Source: a virus
Taxonomy: Duplodnaviria > Heunggongvirae > Uroviricota > Caudoviricetes
Length of the DNA stretch: 48,734 nucleotides
IMG/VR virus record: IMGVR_UViG_2703718802_000011
Direction: 5' to 3' (one strand)
Below are positions 8,673 to 18,131 of the stretch, one piece after another. Numbering within the stretch: the first letter of the stretch is position 1; every line of letters starts with the position of its first letter. The translations under genes and the position numbers were made by a program. The notes below the pieces were generated by a model. It did no database searches, was not told where the DNA came from, and saw nothing but the letters and a program-made list of their open reading frames with translations.

Positions 8673-9565
8673 TTTGATACCTCTTTGTTTACTGGGTTTA
8701 ATATCTGAGATGGTAGTTCTGAAAGATTCTCTTGTTCAAGTATATTTTGAAAGCTTTTATTCATCATTATGATGTTAAAAATCTCATTTATTATTAGTAG
8801 ATTGGTTTTTATAAATTTCGAGTTGTTATAAACAGATTTATGTTCAGCGATACTATTTTCATAAAGCTCAATCAACTCCTCTGCAGTCATCCTTTTTGAT
8901 GGTTTGTGATAATAAAATCCGGCTGCTTTTGCACCTTTATTCCCAACTGTTCTTTGATTTAGAATGTATTTTATCTTTATAATGTCCCGACTTTTTATTA
9001 ATTTTTTATCATATGCTTCGGTAAGAATATCTTGTGCTTCCTCAGTTTCACATCTTGCAAATTGCACTGCGAGATACAGAGGCAAATTGCCCCGTTCGAC
9101 TGCTGAGAGAAGTTTATGCTCTCCCTTATCAAGAAGCATATTAATACTGCTCACCCAGTTCGATGAATATCCAGTAATCTCACTTATTTCGGAGTCTGAA
9201 AGTCCTCTGATTTTCATGTCTTTAATCACCTGTAATAACTCATTAGAACGTGGTCTTCTCCTTGCAATGTTTTCAACTAAACTCATAACGTAAGCATCTT
9301 CTTCTGATACATCTCTTATAATTGCTGGAATAATAGTTTCACCTAATGCAACAAGAGCCTCTATTCTCCCTTGACCACAAATTAAAGCATATTTGAAATC
9401 GTCTTCATCAATAGCTCTTACGCTTATAGGCTTGCTTAATCCTCTTTTTTTTATGCTTTCCTTTATTTCTTCATGCACTACCTTATTTCTTGTTCGTGGG
9501 TTAAGAAATTTTATTTTTGCAATCTCAATTTGAATTATTGGGAATTCATTTTTTTCAGGCAGCAT
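8669..9565 (-). CDS. ParB-like partition/nuclease-domain protein with HTH
   Basis: 298 aa; 'ISVRAIDEDDFKYALICGQGRIEALVALGETIIPAII' (ParB box-like) followed by an HTH-like 'LSDSEISEITGYSSNWVSSI'; overlaps the recombinase 3' end. Confidence 0.5.
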   Translation of the reverse strand: MLPEKNEFPIIQIEIAKIKFLNPRTRNKVVHEEIKESIKKRGLSKPISVRAIDEDDFKYALICGQGRIEALVALGETIIPAIIRDVSEEDAYVMSLVENIARRRPRSNELLQVIKDMKIRGLSDSEISEITGYSSNWVSSINMLLDKGEHKLLSAVERGNLPLYLAVQFARCETEEAQDILTEAYDKKLIKSRDIIKIKYILNQRTVGNKGAKAAGFYYHKPSKRMTAEELIELYENSIAEHKSVYNNSKFIKTNLLIINEIFNIIMMNKSFQNILEQENLSELPSQILNPVNKEVSK

Positions 9566-11111
9566 ATAGTTCCCTCACTTTCATGCGAGTAATAATTTGT
9601 AGAAATTTATCAAGATTATCAAATCTATAGAGATCTAACCGAATGTTGTTTGTTTCCATCATACACATTTTACTATATTCGTTTTCAATCTTTGGTATGA
9701 TATAAAAATCAAGAGGTGAAATATTTTGTGAATTCATTCGTATAACAATTGTTATGTCTGCTTTCTGTGAGTTATCAAACCGGACTTTCCATCTAAGTTT
9801 ACCTGATTTCATATGTATGCATTTAGTAACAAGGACGGAAATTAAAAACTCATCATTGATGTAAAGCATTGGGTAATATTTATACTCGTCTATATGACAG
9901 TTACTTTTTAATATTTCGCCCTTAAAATCCTCAATTATCTCTGAGTAAAATGATCTTAGTGCTTCATTTATTTGGAGATAGCTGTAATCATGTTCTGGCT
10001 TATAACCAATCAAAGTATATGCTCTTAAAAGACCACCAAATCGGGTTCTATAAACAGAAGATGAAGGGCCTGTATCATCTTCATCAATGATAAAGCCTGA
10101 TAGTTTTCCATTAGATTCTAATTTTTCTTTTAGCTTTTCTAATAGATCTTCATTAGTCAAATGAATGGATCGGAGCTGAATTATTTCTTGAGCTTTATTA
10201 TATTTTTTCTTTGAAATAATTGGTTTATATGCCTTGTCACATCTAATCCATTCATGTTTGGGGTTTTTTACAAGCTTACTTTTTAGTTTAGATGAGGTTT
10301 TGTTATATATGTTGTTTCCAATATATTTTTCATTTGTCAAAATTTGATGTATTTTTGCACGAGTCCATGATGTTCCATTTTCTGCAGGTATGCTCTGTTC
10401 ATTTAATCTCTCAGCAATAATGAATTCTGGGACGTTACTATCTATAAAGAGATCATAGATTCTATTTACAATTTTTATTTCATTTTTTGGTCCCGGAATT
10501 AATATTACCCTATCTGTTTGAATACTCTTTCTTTTGCGGAAATTCAATATTTCTTTAGCTATGCCATTTTCGTCTACTAAAAGACGTCTCAGCCCATAAC
10601 CAGCCATACCGCCTTGATGATAACCAAGCTTTATTAAATTTACTTGCCCTATAAATACCTTTTCAGATAGATTCCTGCTGTGATATGCAGCACTTGATCT
10701 TTTTATATTCAGTATAACAGAGGACTCTAAAGGGAAATCTTTAGTGGGTATAGGTTCGGAACAATATATAAGATCTACACCATTTCTTTCAAATAGAAAG
10801 GAATAATATGCAGCTTCATCACTATTTTGAAAACGACCAAAACGGCTCACATCATAAAATAATACAGCCTGTATATCTATTTTCTTTTGTTCTACATCGC
10901 TAAGTAACTGCTGCAAAGAATGCCTGCCTACGATACTGACTCCGCTCTTACCTGCATCATCGTAGGTATAAGCGATTTCCATATTGTTCTTTTCAGCATA
11001 ATCTTTGATATATTCAGACTGATTATGTAAAGAATATTGCTGATGGTCGGTAGACATCCTCAAGTACTGTGCGACCCTAACTCTATGATTTTTTTCATTT
11101 CCGCTAGCCAT
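9555..11111 (-). CDS. Large serine recombinase
   Basis: N-terminal catalytic motifs 'YLRMSTDHQ' (Ser nucleophile), 'DDAGKSG', 'GRHSLQQLL', 'DVSRFGR', plus a large C-terminal domain. ATG at 11109-11111 (track ORF begins at TTG 11117). Confidence 0.7.
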   Translation of the reverse strand: MASGNEKNHRVRVAQYLRMSTDHQQYSLHNQSEYIKDYAEKNNMEIAYTYDDAGKSGVSIVGRHSLQQLLSDVEQKKIDIQAVLFYDVSRFGRFQNSDEAAYYSFLFERNGVDLIYCSEPIPTKDFPLESSVILNIKRSSAAYHSRNLSEKVFIGQVNLIKLGYHQGGMAGYGLRRLLVDENGIAKEILNFRKRKSIQTDRVILIPGPKNEIKIVNRIYDLFIDSNVPEFIIAERLNEQSIPAENGTSWTRAKIHQILTNEKYIGNNIYNKTSSKLKSKLVKNPKHEWIRCDKAYKPIISKKKYNKAQEIIQLRSIHLTNEDLLEKLKEKLESNGKLSGFIIDEDDTGPSSSVYRTRFGGLLRAYTLIGYKPEHDYSYLQINEALRSFYSEIIEDFKGEILKSNCHIDEYKYYPMLYINDEFLISVLVTKCIHMKSGKLRWKVRFDNSQKADITIVIRMNSQNISPLDFYIIPKIENEYSKMCMMETNNIRLDLYRFDNLDKFLQIITRMKVRELYAA

Positions 11112-11393
11112 GCACAAAACCTCATGGATGATTCAATACAATGTAGAGGATAAAATTGATCAAATTTTAACCGAATTCAACTGTTTTATCATTGATTAGA
11201 GCGAATTTGGTAGTTCTTCGAGGTGTATGATAATCGAGAAGAGATGTGAATTATTTAGCTGATATGACCGACAGCTTTCGTTATGTGGCCTCAAGGTACC
11301 CATTTGTAAATGGCTATGCTTAGTCCACATAGGTTAATGGTGTGATCATTAATTCTTCAAATAAATCAAGATAGTTAACCCATCATGGAAGAG

Positions 11394-12623
11394 TTATGCG
11401 GCAATAACTTTGTATTTTTGAGACGAAACATAGTCACTCCACCATTGCATGAGAACCACACGTTCTGTGAGATACTCTGCACGATTGTAGGCTGCAATTA
11501 TTTCATCTTTTTTCGAGTGGGCAAGGGCGGCTTCTAAGACATCAGTTCTAAACTTGCCACACTCCTCAGCCGCCGTTCTAGCGATTGATCGCATACCATG
11601 AGCTACAAGCTCACCTCCGAAGCCCATACGGATTATAGCCGCATTAGCTGTTTGTTCATGCATGTGATTGAGTGGAGCTTTGATACTGGGAAAAACCCAC
11701 TCTCTATGCCCGCTGATGGCTTTCATTGAATCCAAGACTCGCAAAGATTCTTTGCTCAGTGGAACTTTGTGAGGCTTCTTCATTTTCATAAACTCCGCCG
11801 GGATGTTCCACATGCTGGTTTCTATATCAATATCTGACCATCTTGTGCGAACAGCTTCACCAGGGCGAACCCATGTGAGAAGTTGCCACTCAATCAGTAG
11901 CCTTGTTTCTAAACGGATAGAAGCATTGTTTAGAGCAACCAGGAAGCGGGGGAGTTCGGAAGGGGGTAATGCTGGCATATTCTGTTTTTTTGGCTTGCTG
12001 AACCGTTGCCCCAGGTTGTCAGCCGGATTGAATTCTATGAGTTCTTCTGTTGCTGCATAGCGGAAAATTTCATTCAGGCGGGATATGACGCGGCGAAGTG
12101 TTTCAAGGACACCTCGTTTTTCTATGGGGTCTAAATGCTGTTTAAGCATTTTAGGGCGAATCTCCTTAATGGGGGTATCACCCAACGTTGGAAAGATATT
12201 TCTCTCTAGGCTTCGCCAGATGTCGTTAGCATGATCCTGGGAGATGCCTGACGTTTTGACTTTCTCATCAAGCCACTTCTTGGCTACTGCTTGAAATGTA
12301 TGTTCCGTTGCATCCTTAAGGGCATTGGCTTTGTGGGTGTTATGAACTTGTGGGTCTATACCATTTGCAAGCAACGACAAGTACTCATCACGTAAAGCTC
12401 GTGCCTTCGCAAGTGTAAGGTGAGGATAGGTTCCTAAGCTCACCTTAGTTCGCTTTTTGGTCACAGGCACTGCATATCTGAAATACCAATTTTTCTTTCC
12501 TCCCTTCGCTAAGGGGGCGATTCGCAGGAGCAAACCATCGCCGTCAAAAAGGTTAACCTCTTTCTCGGCAGGTTTGGTGCTTTTGATTTCAGTGTCAGTG
12601 AGCTTCTTAGCGATTTTTGCCAT
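11394..12623 (-). CDS. P4-type tyrosine integrase
   Basis: Starts at ATG 12621-12623 ('MAKIAKKLTDTEIK'); P4-like N-terminal arm-binding region and C-terminal catalytic region ending with a Tyr motif ('YNRAEYLTER'); adjacent to the ssrA 3'-end repeat. Confidence 0.8.
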   Translation of the reverse strand: MAKIAKKLTDTEIKSTKPAEKEVNLFDGDGLLLRIAPLAKGGKKNWYFRYAVPVTKKRTKVSLGTYPHLTLAKARALRDEYLSLLANGIDPQVHNTHKANALKDATEHTFQAVAKKWLDEKVKTSGISQDHANDIWRSLERNIFPTLGDTPIKEIRPKMLKQHLDPIEKRGVLETLRRVISRLNEIFRYAATEELIEFNPADNLGQRFSKPKKQNMPALPPSELPRFLVALNNASIRLETRLLIEWQLLTWVRPGEAVRTRWSDIDIETSMWNIPAEFMKMKKPHKVPLSKESLRVLDSMKAISGHREWVFPSIKAPLNHMHEQTANAAIIRMGFGGELVAHGMRSIARTAAEECGKFRTDVLEAALAHSKKDEIIAAYNRAEYLTERVVLMQWWSDYVSSQKYKVIAA

Positions 12624-12720
12624 GTTTGGGACCCTCATGTTTTGGACCCTTTGTGTTGGGTCCCAAAAAGGGTGCCATAACGAGTAGATTCTAGCAATTC
12701 TCGGTAGACTACTATAGACG

Positions 12721-12754
12721 TAAAAAAGCCCGCAAGGCTGGTTCCATGCGGGCT
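12721..12754 (-). terminator. Rho-independent terminator downstream of the displaced ssrA 3'-end copy
   Basis: Stem agcccgca/tgcgggct (12727-12734 / 12747-12754) followed on the minus strand by a T-run (complement of aaaaaa at 12722-12727). Confidence 0.55.
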
Positions 12755-12788
12755 TGATAGACTTCACTGAACTTCAATATATCAAAAA

Positions 12789-12834
12789 TTGGTGGAGCTG
12801 GCGGGAGTTGAACCCGCGTCCGAAATTCCTACAT
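12789..12834 (-). repeat. attR-type direct repeat: 46-bp copy of the ssrA 3' end
   Basis: 'ttggtggagctggcgggagttgaacccgcgtccgaaattcctacat' is identical to 47674-47719 and diverges immediately after. Confidence 0.85.
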
Positions 12835-12889
12835 ACTATTATTTAACTATCTAAATCATAGGTTTATTAATAGTATCAATGGGATAGTT

Positions 12890-13981
12890 TTAGACTGTGT
12901 TAGGCATTTTTACGTCGTTAAACTTCTTTGTCGCCATTTTGCCGCCACTGGAAGCTTTTATAACGTTAGGCTTTGTATATTTATCCCAGTGAGGAGAATA
13001 AATCGGACAATCAAGTGTAATATATTGATCAAAAAGAAATCTAAAGTCTGTTTCATATATGTAATTAATTATATGTTCATACGGACCTAATTCGGCACCA
13101 TAAATTATCGTTTTTATTTTTCTTGTTAGATATATACTTGCCTCAACGAATTCAAGAAAAGCATTTTCTTCGTGAGCAAAAGTAATAATACTGTATTCAT
13201 TGATCGATATTTTATATCTTGCCCGCATAATACTGTCGATACAGAGCTTTTCAAAAATCATGGCTGTTTTGTTAGAAACAGAATTTATTATTCTAAGGTA
13301 CTCCAGTGGTTTATTTTCTGGGGCCAGTTTCCTTGGTTTTAATGCGTTATCTATATCTCTAAGTAATACTTCTATTTCTTCTAGGAACTTGCTGCTTGGT
13401 TCGAAGTTAGATAGGCTGTGTGGGGCTGAGTTGGGGTATATTTTTTTATAGAGCAAGTAAGGATTTGTAATTTTAACTTGATCGGTAGTTGCTATTTTTT
13501 CATTATCAATTTCCTTGGACGAAATGATGCTTCCATCTTTGTTAGATAGATTTAAAATTGTGAAAGTAGATAAGTGGTTTATTTTTTCGATGAAGTTTTT
13601 TTCATGAGCCAAATATCTGTCAACGGCATTTTTGCTATCAACTGCTTGTATTTGTGCTTCGGTTTGAATTGTGCGATGAATATTGTTTACTATCGATGCG
13701 AGAGGAACGGAACTTGCTAGTAGCAATAAAGGAAACTTGCTGATCTCATAAAATCTAAAATATCCGTGAGCAGTGAGGACAGGTGTTTTTCCACTCCATG
13801 CAAAGTAACCAAAGTAAAAAAATGAAAAAACAGGAAGTAAAATCGATAACCAAAATAATTTTTGGCGGTATAGATTTCTTTTGTCTAACTTGTACCATCT
13901 TCTCCAAATGGAAATGATTAAAATTAATATAATTATTGTTGCATAAATATAAATGTATATATAGTCAGGATATGTTTTCAT
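12890..13981 (-). CDS. Membrane protein (N-terminal transmembrane helices), AT-rich moron translationally coupled to int
   Basis: 363 aa; hydrophobic N-terminus ('IIILILIISIW', 'LFWLSILLPVFSFFYFGYFAW'); ATG overlaps the int stop (ATGA at 13978-13981); strongly AT-rich compared with neighbouring phage genes. Confidence 0.5.
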   Translation of the reverse strand: MKTYPDYIYIYIYATIIILILIISIWRRWYKLDKRNLYRQKLFWLSILLPVFSFFYFGYFAWSGKTPVLTAHGYFRFYEISKFPLLLLASSVPLASIVNNIHRTIQTEAQIQAVDSKNAVDRYLAHEKNFIEKINHLSTFTILNLSNKDGSIISSKEIDNEKIATTDQVKITNPYLLYKKIYPNSAPHSLSNFEPSSKFLEEIEVLLRDIDNALKPRKLAPENKPLEYLRIINSVSNKTAMIFEKLCIDSIMRARYKISINEYSIITFAHEENAFLEFVEASIYLTRKIKTIIYGAELGPYEHIINYIYETDFRFLFDQYITLDCPIYSPHWDKYTKPNVIKASSGGKMATKKFNDVKMPNTV

Positions 13982-15000
13982 ACGTGATTTATACTATTTA
14001 GTGGGTTTTTGGTTACTGCATCTTCAAGATGTTCAGGGGAAAAATGTGCATATACCATGGTCATCTTGATATCTGAGTGACCCAATATATCTCTCAATAC
14101 TAGGATATTTCCGCCGTTCATCATAAAATGGCTGGCGAATGTATGGCGCAACACGTGAGTGCATTGGCCATCAGGTAGTTCGATACCGGCCCGTTTTACT
14201 GCACGCTCAAAGGCTTTTCTGCATGGTGTGAATAACTTCCCTCTGTTTTTGGGTAGCTCGTTGTACAGATCCTGAGATATCGGTACGGTGCGGTTTTTTT
14301 TACCCTTTGTCTTTGTATAGGTAATCCGGTATTTCGATAGTTGATGTCCCTGCAGGTTTTCAGCTTCACTCCAACGTGCACCAGTTGCTAGGCATATTTT
14401 TGCAATCATCAGCAGACTGGGGCTTTGAGAATCAGCACAGGCATCTAGCAGACGTTTAATTTCTTCCGGAGTCAAGAACGCCAGTTCACCTTCAGTAATT
14501 TTAAATGTTGGAAGCCCGGCAAGAGGGTTGGGGGCTGACCAGTGGCCCAGCTTTTTCAGTGTACCAAAAACCGATGATAGGTTGCGTTGTTCAAGATTTA
14601 CCGTGCGGGGCTTAACGGGCGACATTAGCGTGCCATCTTCATTTCGCACTTCACCTTTTAGCCGTGCTTCGCGGTATTTCGTAAAGTCACCGGCAGTCAG
14701 CTCTGAAGCGATGGGATCGCCTAGACCATTACAGATAATTCTAAGTTTCGCCATGAGGCGCTTGGGGTCTGCGAGTGTTTGACCATATAGGGAATACCAC
14801 AGCTCAATTAATTCTGATAGGCGTCTGCGATCTTCCTTTTCCCCCAACCATGGTTTTTTGTTCACTTCTTCCATTGTGAAGCTTTCAAAAGCAATGGCTT
14901 CGCCTTTTGTAGCAAATTGCTTACGTACGCGCTTGCCATTGCGTCCATTGGGATAGCACTCACACAACCATTTACCGTTTGGCTGTTTTCTGACAGTCAT
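13978..15000 (-). CDS. int: P2/186-type tyrosine integrase
   Basis: 340 aa (P2 Int is about 337), 'MTVRKQPNGKW...' N-terminus, C-terminal 'HVLRHTFASHFMMNGGNILVLRDILGHSDIKMTMVYAH' tyrosine-recombinase catalytic region. Confidence 0.85.
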   Translation of the reverse strand: MTVRKQPNGKWLCECYPNGRNGKRVRKQFATKGEAIAFESFTMEEVNKKPWLGEKEDRRRLSELIELWYSLYGQTLADPKRLMAKLRIICNGLGDPIASELTAGDFTKYREARLKGEVRNEDGTLMSPVKPRTVNLEQRNLSSVFGTLKKLGHWSAPNPLAGLPTFKITEGELAFLTPEEIKRLLDACADSQSPSLLMIAKICLATGARWSEAENLQGHQLSKYRITYTKTKGKKNRTVPISQDLYNELPKNRGKLFTPCRKAFERAVKRAGIELPDGQCTHVLRHTFASHFMMNGGNILVLRDILGHSDIKMTMVYAHFSPEHLEDAVTKNPLNSINHV

Positions 15001-15002
15001 GT

Positions 15003-15635
15003 TTAGATACTCTTTATTACTTTGACTGCGCGCCCAATAATTTCCACATCATCAGCAGAACACTCGAAAGACGCTTCATCTTGATTTACTACAATCTTAT
15101 TGCCGGGAATCCGCATGATTTTTGCAATAATAATCATTCCATCAATATTGATTAGCCAGAATCCATTGCTGACTTGTTTAACTGATTTATCGATGAGATA
15201 ACAATCAGTTGGGGTTTCTAAGAACATCGATTCTTCATAATGTGCAGGTAATATGCTGTGGTCTAGGAAAATATCTTCATCAATACTGAGTTTTCCATTC
15301 TCTAAGGTTCCTTTAGGAATAGATGGAGTTATGAGTTTGGATAGTGGTTTAATTGCTTGTTTGTTCTCATTATGAGATCTTTTCTCAGGCTCACATCCTC
15401 CTTTCATGCTTCCCTGGCCTGTAGCTAACCAAAGCAACGAAACACCGGTTTCTAGTGCGCACTGAATTATCCAGTCAGCAGGAAAACTGTCGCGTAACAC
15501 TCTGTTTGCCATAGTGCTTTTTGAGACATTCAGGTGCTCGCTTAATGCCTGCTTAGTTGTGAATCCATAAGCCTCAAGCAGCCTCTCAATAGCTGCCTTG
15601 CCTCCCGTATCGGAACCCATTCTGATGTTTAACAT
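15003..15635 (-). CDS. cI: CI-like immunity repressor (HTH)
   Basis: Divergent from apl/cII; HTH-like 'TKQALSEHLNVSKSTMANRVL'; likely start at ATG 15633-15635 with a GGAG RBS (track ORF extends to 15683); size about 210 aa, similar to 186 CI. Confidence 0.6.
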   Translation of the reverse strand: MLNIRMGSDTGGKAAIERLLEAYGFTTKQALSEHLNVSKSTMANRVLRDSFPADWIIQCALETGVSLLWLATGQGSMKGGCEPEKRSHNENKQAIKPLSKLITPSIPKGTLENGKLSIDEDIFLDHSILPAHYEESMFLETPTDCYLIDKSVKQVSNGFWLINIDGMIIIAKIMRIPGNKIVVNQDEASFECSADDVEIIGRAVKVIKSI

Positions 15636-15756
15636 TGGTAATCTCCATTTGACAATCTTGAGTCGAGATCGTAATGTCTTCATGTCTCTTGATGTGAGAG
15701 TTTAAGAGACGGACTAAAACGAACTAACACGCACACAAAGTAAGAGATACTGCACT

Positions 15757-15999
15757 ATGAGTACTGATATTTCAATTCGTGTACCAAAAGAGATGGCTAC
15801 GCCTGCAGAGTTCGCAGAGTGGGAGGGCATTTCCCGTGGCTCTGTTTACCAAAAAATTCACCATGGCCAACTTGCTAAATACATGGTCAAGAAAGAAAAA
15901 AACAAAGGCCGCGTAAGCCTGCGTTATCTGATGTACAAAACCGATCAGGTCCGTGAATCCCTCGGTCATTCCAACTTCCGTGTCATTGTTGGTAAGTAA
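15757..15999 (+). CDS. apl: Apl/Cox-like excisionase and transcriptional regulator
   Basis: 80-aa first gene of the lytic operon, divergent from cI; HTH-like 'AEFAEWEGISRGSVYQKIH'. Confidence 0.55.
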   Translation: MSTDISIRVPKEMATPAEFAEWEGISRGSVYQKIHHGQLAKYMVKKEKNKGRVSLRYLMYKTDQVRESLGHSNFRVIVGK

Positions 16000-16031
16000 G
16001 TTCAATTATGGGAACTTTCTAAGGGGGCAGC

Positions 16032-16541
16032 ATGTTTGATTACAGGATTTCCAAACATCCGCATTTTGATGAAGCCTGTAGAGCTTTTGCACTACGTCAC
16101 AATATGGCGAAGCTGGCAGAACGTGCAGGAATGAATGTCCAGACTCTGCGAAACAAACTCAACCCAGATCAACCGCATCAGCTCAATGCGCCAGAAATCT
16201 GGCTGCTTACCGATCTGACTGAAGATTCAACGCTGATAGATGGTTTTCTGGCACAGATTCACTGCCTGCCATGTGTACCGATTAATGAGGTAGCAAAAGA
16301 GAAACTGCCGCATTACGTCATGAGTGCAACCGCAGAGATCGGGCGTGTTGCTGCAGGTGCGGTATCTGGCGATGTAAAAACCAGTGCAGGTCGTCGTGAT
16401 GCTATCAGCAGCATTAACTCTGTAACACGACTGATGGCGCTGGCTGCTGTTTCATTGCAGGCCCGTTTACAGGCTAACCCTGCGATGGTGAGTGCAGTTG
16501 ATACCGTGACTGGCCTCGGTGCTTCATTCGGTTTGCTGTGA
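16032..16541 (+). CDS. cII: CII-like lysogeny establishment regulator
   Basis: 169 aa (same length as 186 CII), immediately after apl, with an N-terminal HTH-like region. Confidence 0.55.
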   Translation: MFDYRISKHPHFDEACRAFALRHNMAKLAERAGMNVQTLRNKLNPDQPHQLNAPEIWLLTDLTEDSTLIDGFLAQIHCLPCVPINEVAKEKLPHYVMSATAEIGRVAAGAVSGDVKTSAGRRDAISSINSVTRLMALAAVSLQARLQANPAMVSAVDTVTGLGASFGLL

Positions 16542-16548
16542 GGTGCTT

Positions 16549-16845
16549 ATGTTGACGAAAGAACCATCATTTGCATCGCTGCTGGTAAAACAAAGCCCGG
16601 CAATGCACTACGGTCACGGCTGGATCATGGGTGAGGATGGTAAACGCTGGCATCCATGTCATTCACAAGATGAATTGCTGTCTGAATTGACCACGAGGAA
16701 ACGGAGAAAGTCAAAATGTATGCAGCGGAAAGTGAAGTGGTTTATCAGTTTCGTTACAGAGGGGAGAGTTATTCAGTACCTGAAGATGATTTGCTCTGTT
16801 GTTATCCGTCGTTGTCGGGCGATGGCAGTTACTTTTTCACGCTAA
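16549..16845 (+). CDS. Hypothetical early protein (position of 186 fil/dhr); overlaps the next ORF
   Basis: ATG at 16549 follows GAGGTG; 3' part overlaps ORF 16716-16940 in another frame, so one of the two is mis-delimited. Confidence 0.3.
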   Translation: MLTKEPSFASLLVKQSPAMHYGHGWIMGEDGKRWHPCHSQDELLSELTTRKRRKSKCMQRKVKWFISFVTEGRVIQYLKMICSVVIRRCRAMAVTFSR

Positions 16846-16940
16846 GGGATGGGACGTTTTTACGGGGAGAGCAGGTTAAAGAGACGATACGAAAAAATGT
16901 ATCTCCTCTTGAACGTTACCGTAAGAAAAAAGAACGATAG
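16716..16940 (+). CDS. Hypothetical early protein
   Basis: 74-aa ORF with GGAGA RBS upstream of ATG 16716; protein-like composition. Confidence 0.4.
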   Translation: MYAAESEVVYQFRYRGESYSVPEDDLLCCYPSLSGDGSYFFTLRDGTFLRGEQVKETIRKNVSPLERYRKKKER

Positions 16941-16962
16941 TTGCGTTTGGGGGATATGAATT

Positions 16963-17304
16963 ATGGCAATTAATGGCGCTGCGGCGACTGTTCCATTAAG
17001 CCCCGGTGAACGCCTGAATGGACTTAATCACATTGCGGAGTTAAGGGCGAAAGTATTTGGCCTGAATATTGAGTCAGAGCTTGAGCGGTTTATTAAAGAT
17101 ATACGTGATCCACGGGATATCAATAACGAACAAAATAAACGAGCACTGGCTGCCATATTCTTTATGGCAAAAATTCCAGCTGAACGTCATAGCATCAGCA
17201 TTAATGAGCTGACCACTGACGAAAAGCGGGAGTTGATTAAAGCAATGAATCATTTTCGTGCAGTGGTGAGCTTATTTCCCAAACGGCTAACCATGCCGAA
17301 TTAA
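16963..17304 (+). CDS. Hypothetical early protein
   Basis: 113-aa ORF with RBS; conserved position in the early operon. Confidence 0.5.
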   Translation: MAINGAAATVPLSPGERLNGLNHIAELRAKVFGLNIESELERFIKDIRDPRDINNEQNKRALAAIFFMAKIPAERHSISINELTTDEKRELIKAMNHFRAVVSLFPKRLTMPN

Positions 17305-17371
17305 CCAACTAATGAAATTAATGGCGTAAACCCGCCGGGCATCCCTTTATCTAAATTCAGGAGAATTGATT

Positions 17372-17605
17372 ATGCGTAATATTGAAATCCTCACGACTAA
17401 AACCGGACCGGATGATGCAGGGCTTAATATTTTACTGACAGAGGCTCGTCTGGAAGAACGCCGGGCAAGGGCTGAAGCAATGGCAGCTCGCCTTGATAGC
17501 CTGGCGTGTCATATCTCATCCCGTCAGCTAAACCACGTGGAAGCGGCAGAACTGCTGCGTGTGACTGCTGAAGCAATCCAGAACGAAGCGCAGGAGATCC
17601 ACTAA
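17372..17605 (+). CDS. Hypothetical early protein
   Basis: ATG 17372 after AGGAG; 77 aa; stop overlaps the next start. Confidence 0.5.
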   Translation: MRNIEILTTKTGPDDAGLNILLTEARLEERRARAEAMAARLDSLACHISSRQLNHVEAAELLRVTAEAIQNEAQEIH

Positions 17606-17832
17606 TGGCTGATGCAATGGATCTCGTACAGCAGCGCGTTGAAGAAGAACGCCAGCGCCATATCCGTGCTGCCCGTGCCAAAACACCGGGTGTGTCTCGC
17701 GTGCTTTGCATTGAGTGTGAAGCGCCAATTCCGCCAGCACGACGCCGCGCCATTCCGGGTGTGCAGCTTTGCATTACTTGCCAGGAAATCGCAGAGCTGA
17801 AAGGCAAACATTACAACGGAGGTGCTGTATGA
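17605..17832 (+). CDS. TraR/DksA-family C4 zinc-finger protein
   Basis: 75 aa with 'CIECEAPIP...' and 'CITCQ' (CxxC-N17-CxxC), typical of phage TraR-like proteins. Confidence 0.6.
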
Positions 17833-18131
17833 CAAGGGCAGTGCGTATCCATCAATTAAAAATTGCACCTAAGTATTTCAACGCTGTGGTTGCAGGTCAA
17901 AAGACGGCTGAACTTCGTAAAGACGATCGTGGCTATAAAGTTGGTGATGTTCTTTCTCTTTGCGAATGGAAGCATGGCGTATTTACGGGTAGGGAATGGG
18001 CCGCTGTTATCTCTCATGTGCTTCCGGTTAATGACGTCATGGCAGTTTCAGAACAATGGGTGATGCTATCAATTCGCCCATTAACCCCATTAGAAGCTTT
18101 AGGATATGTTATTGCCGGAGGTGCTGTATGA
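17829..18131 (+). CDS. Small conserved phage protein (ASCH/DUF3850-like)
   Basis: ATG 17829 overlaps the upstream stop (ATGA); 100 aa '[42 protein letters not shown]'. Domain assignment is tentative. Confidence 0.45.

Larger units (their letters stand above)
1..12788. mobile_element. Integrase-associated genomic island, probably an integrative mobilizable element (partial; continues beyond window start)
   Basis: P4-type tyrosine integrase (11394-12623) sits next to the 46-bp ssrA 3'-end copy at 12789-12834; island also carries a large serine recombinase, a MobC-like relaxosome gene and visibly AT-rich cargo operons. Confidence 0.55.

Noticed and set aside
12789-12834. Second tmRNA gene
   Set aside because: Only the last 45 nt of ssrA are present; it is an att-site repeat, not a functional tmRNA.
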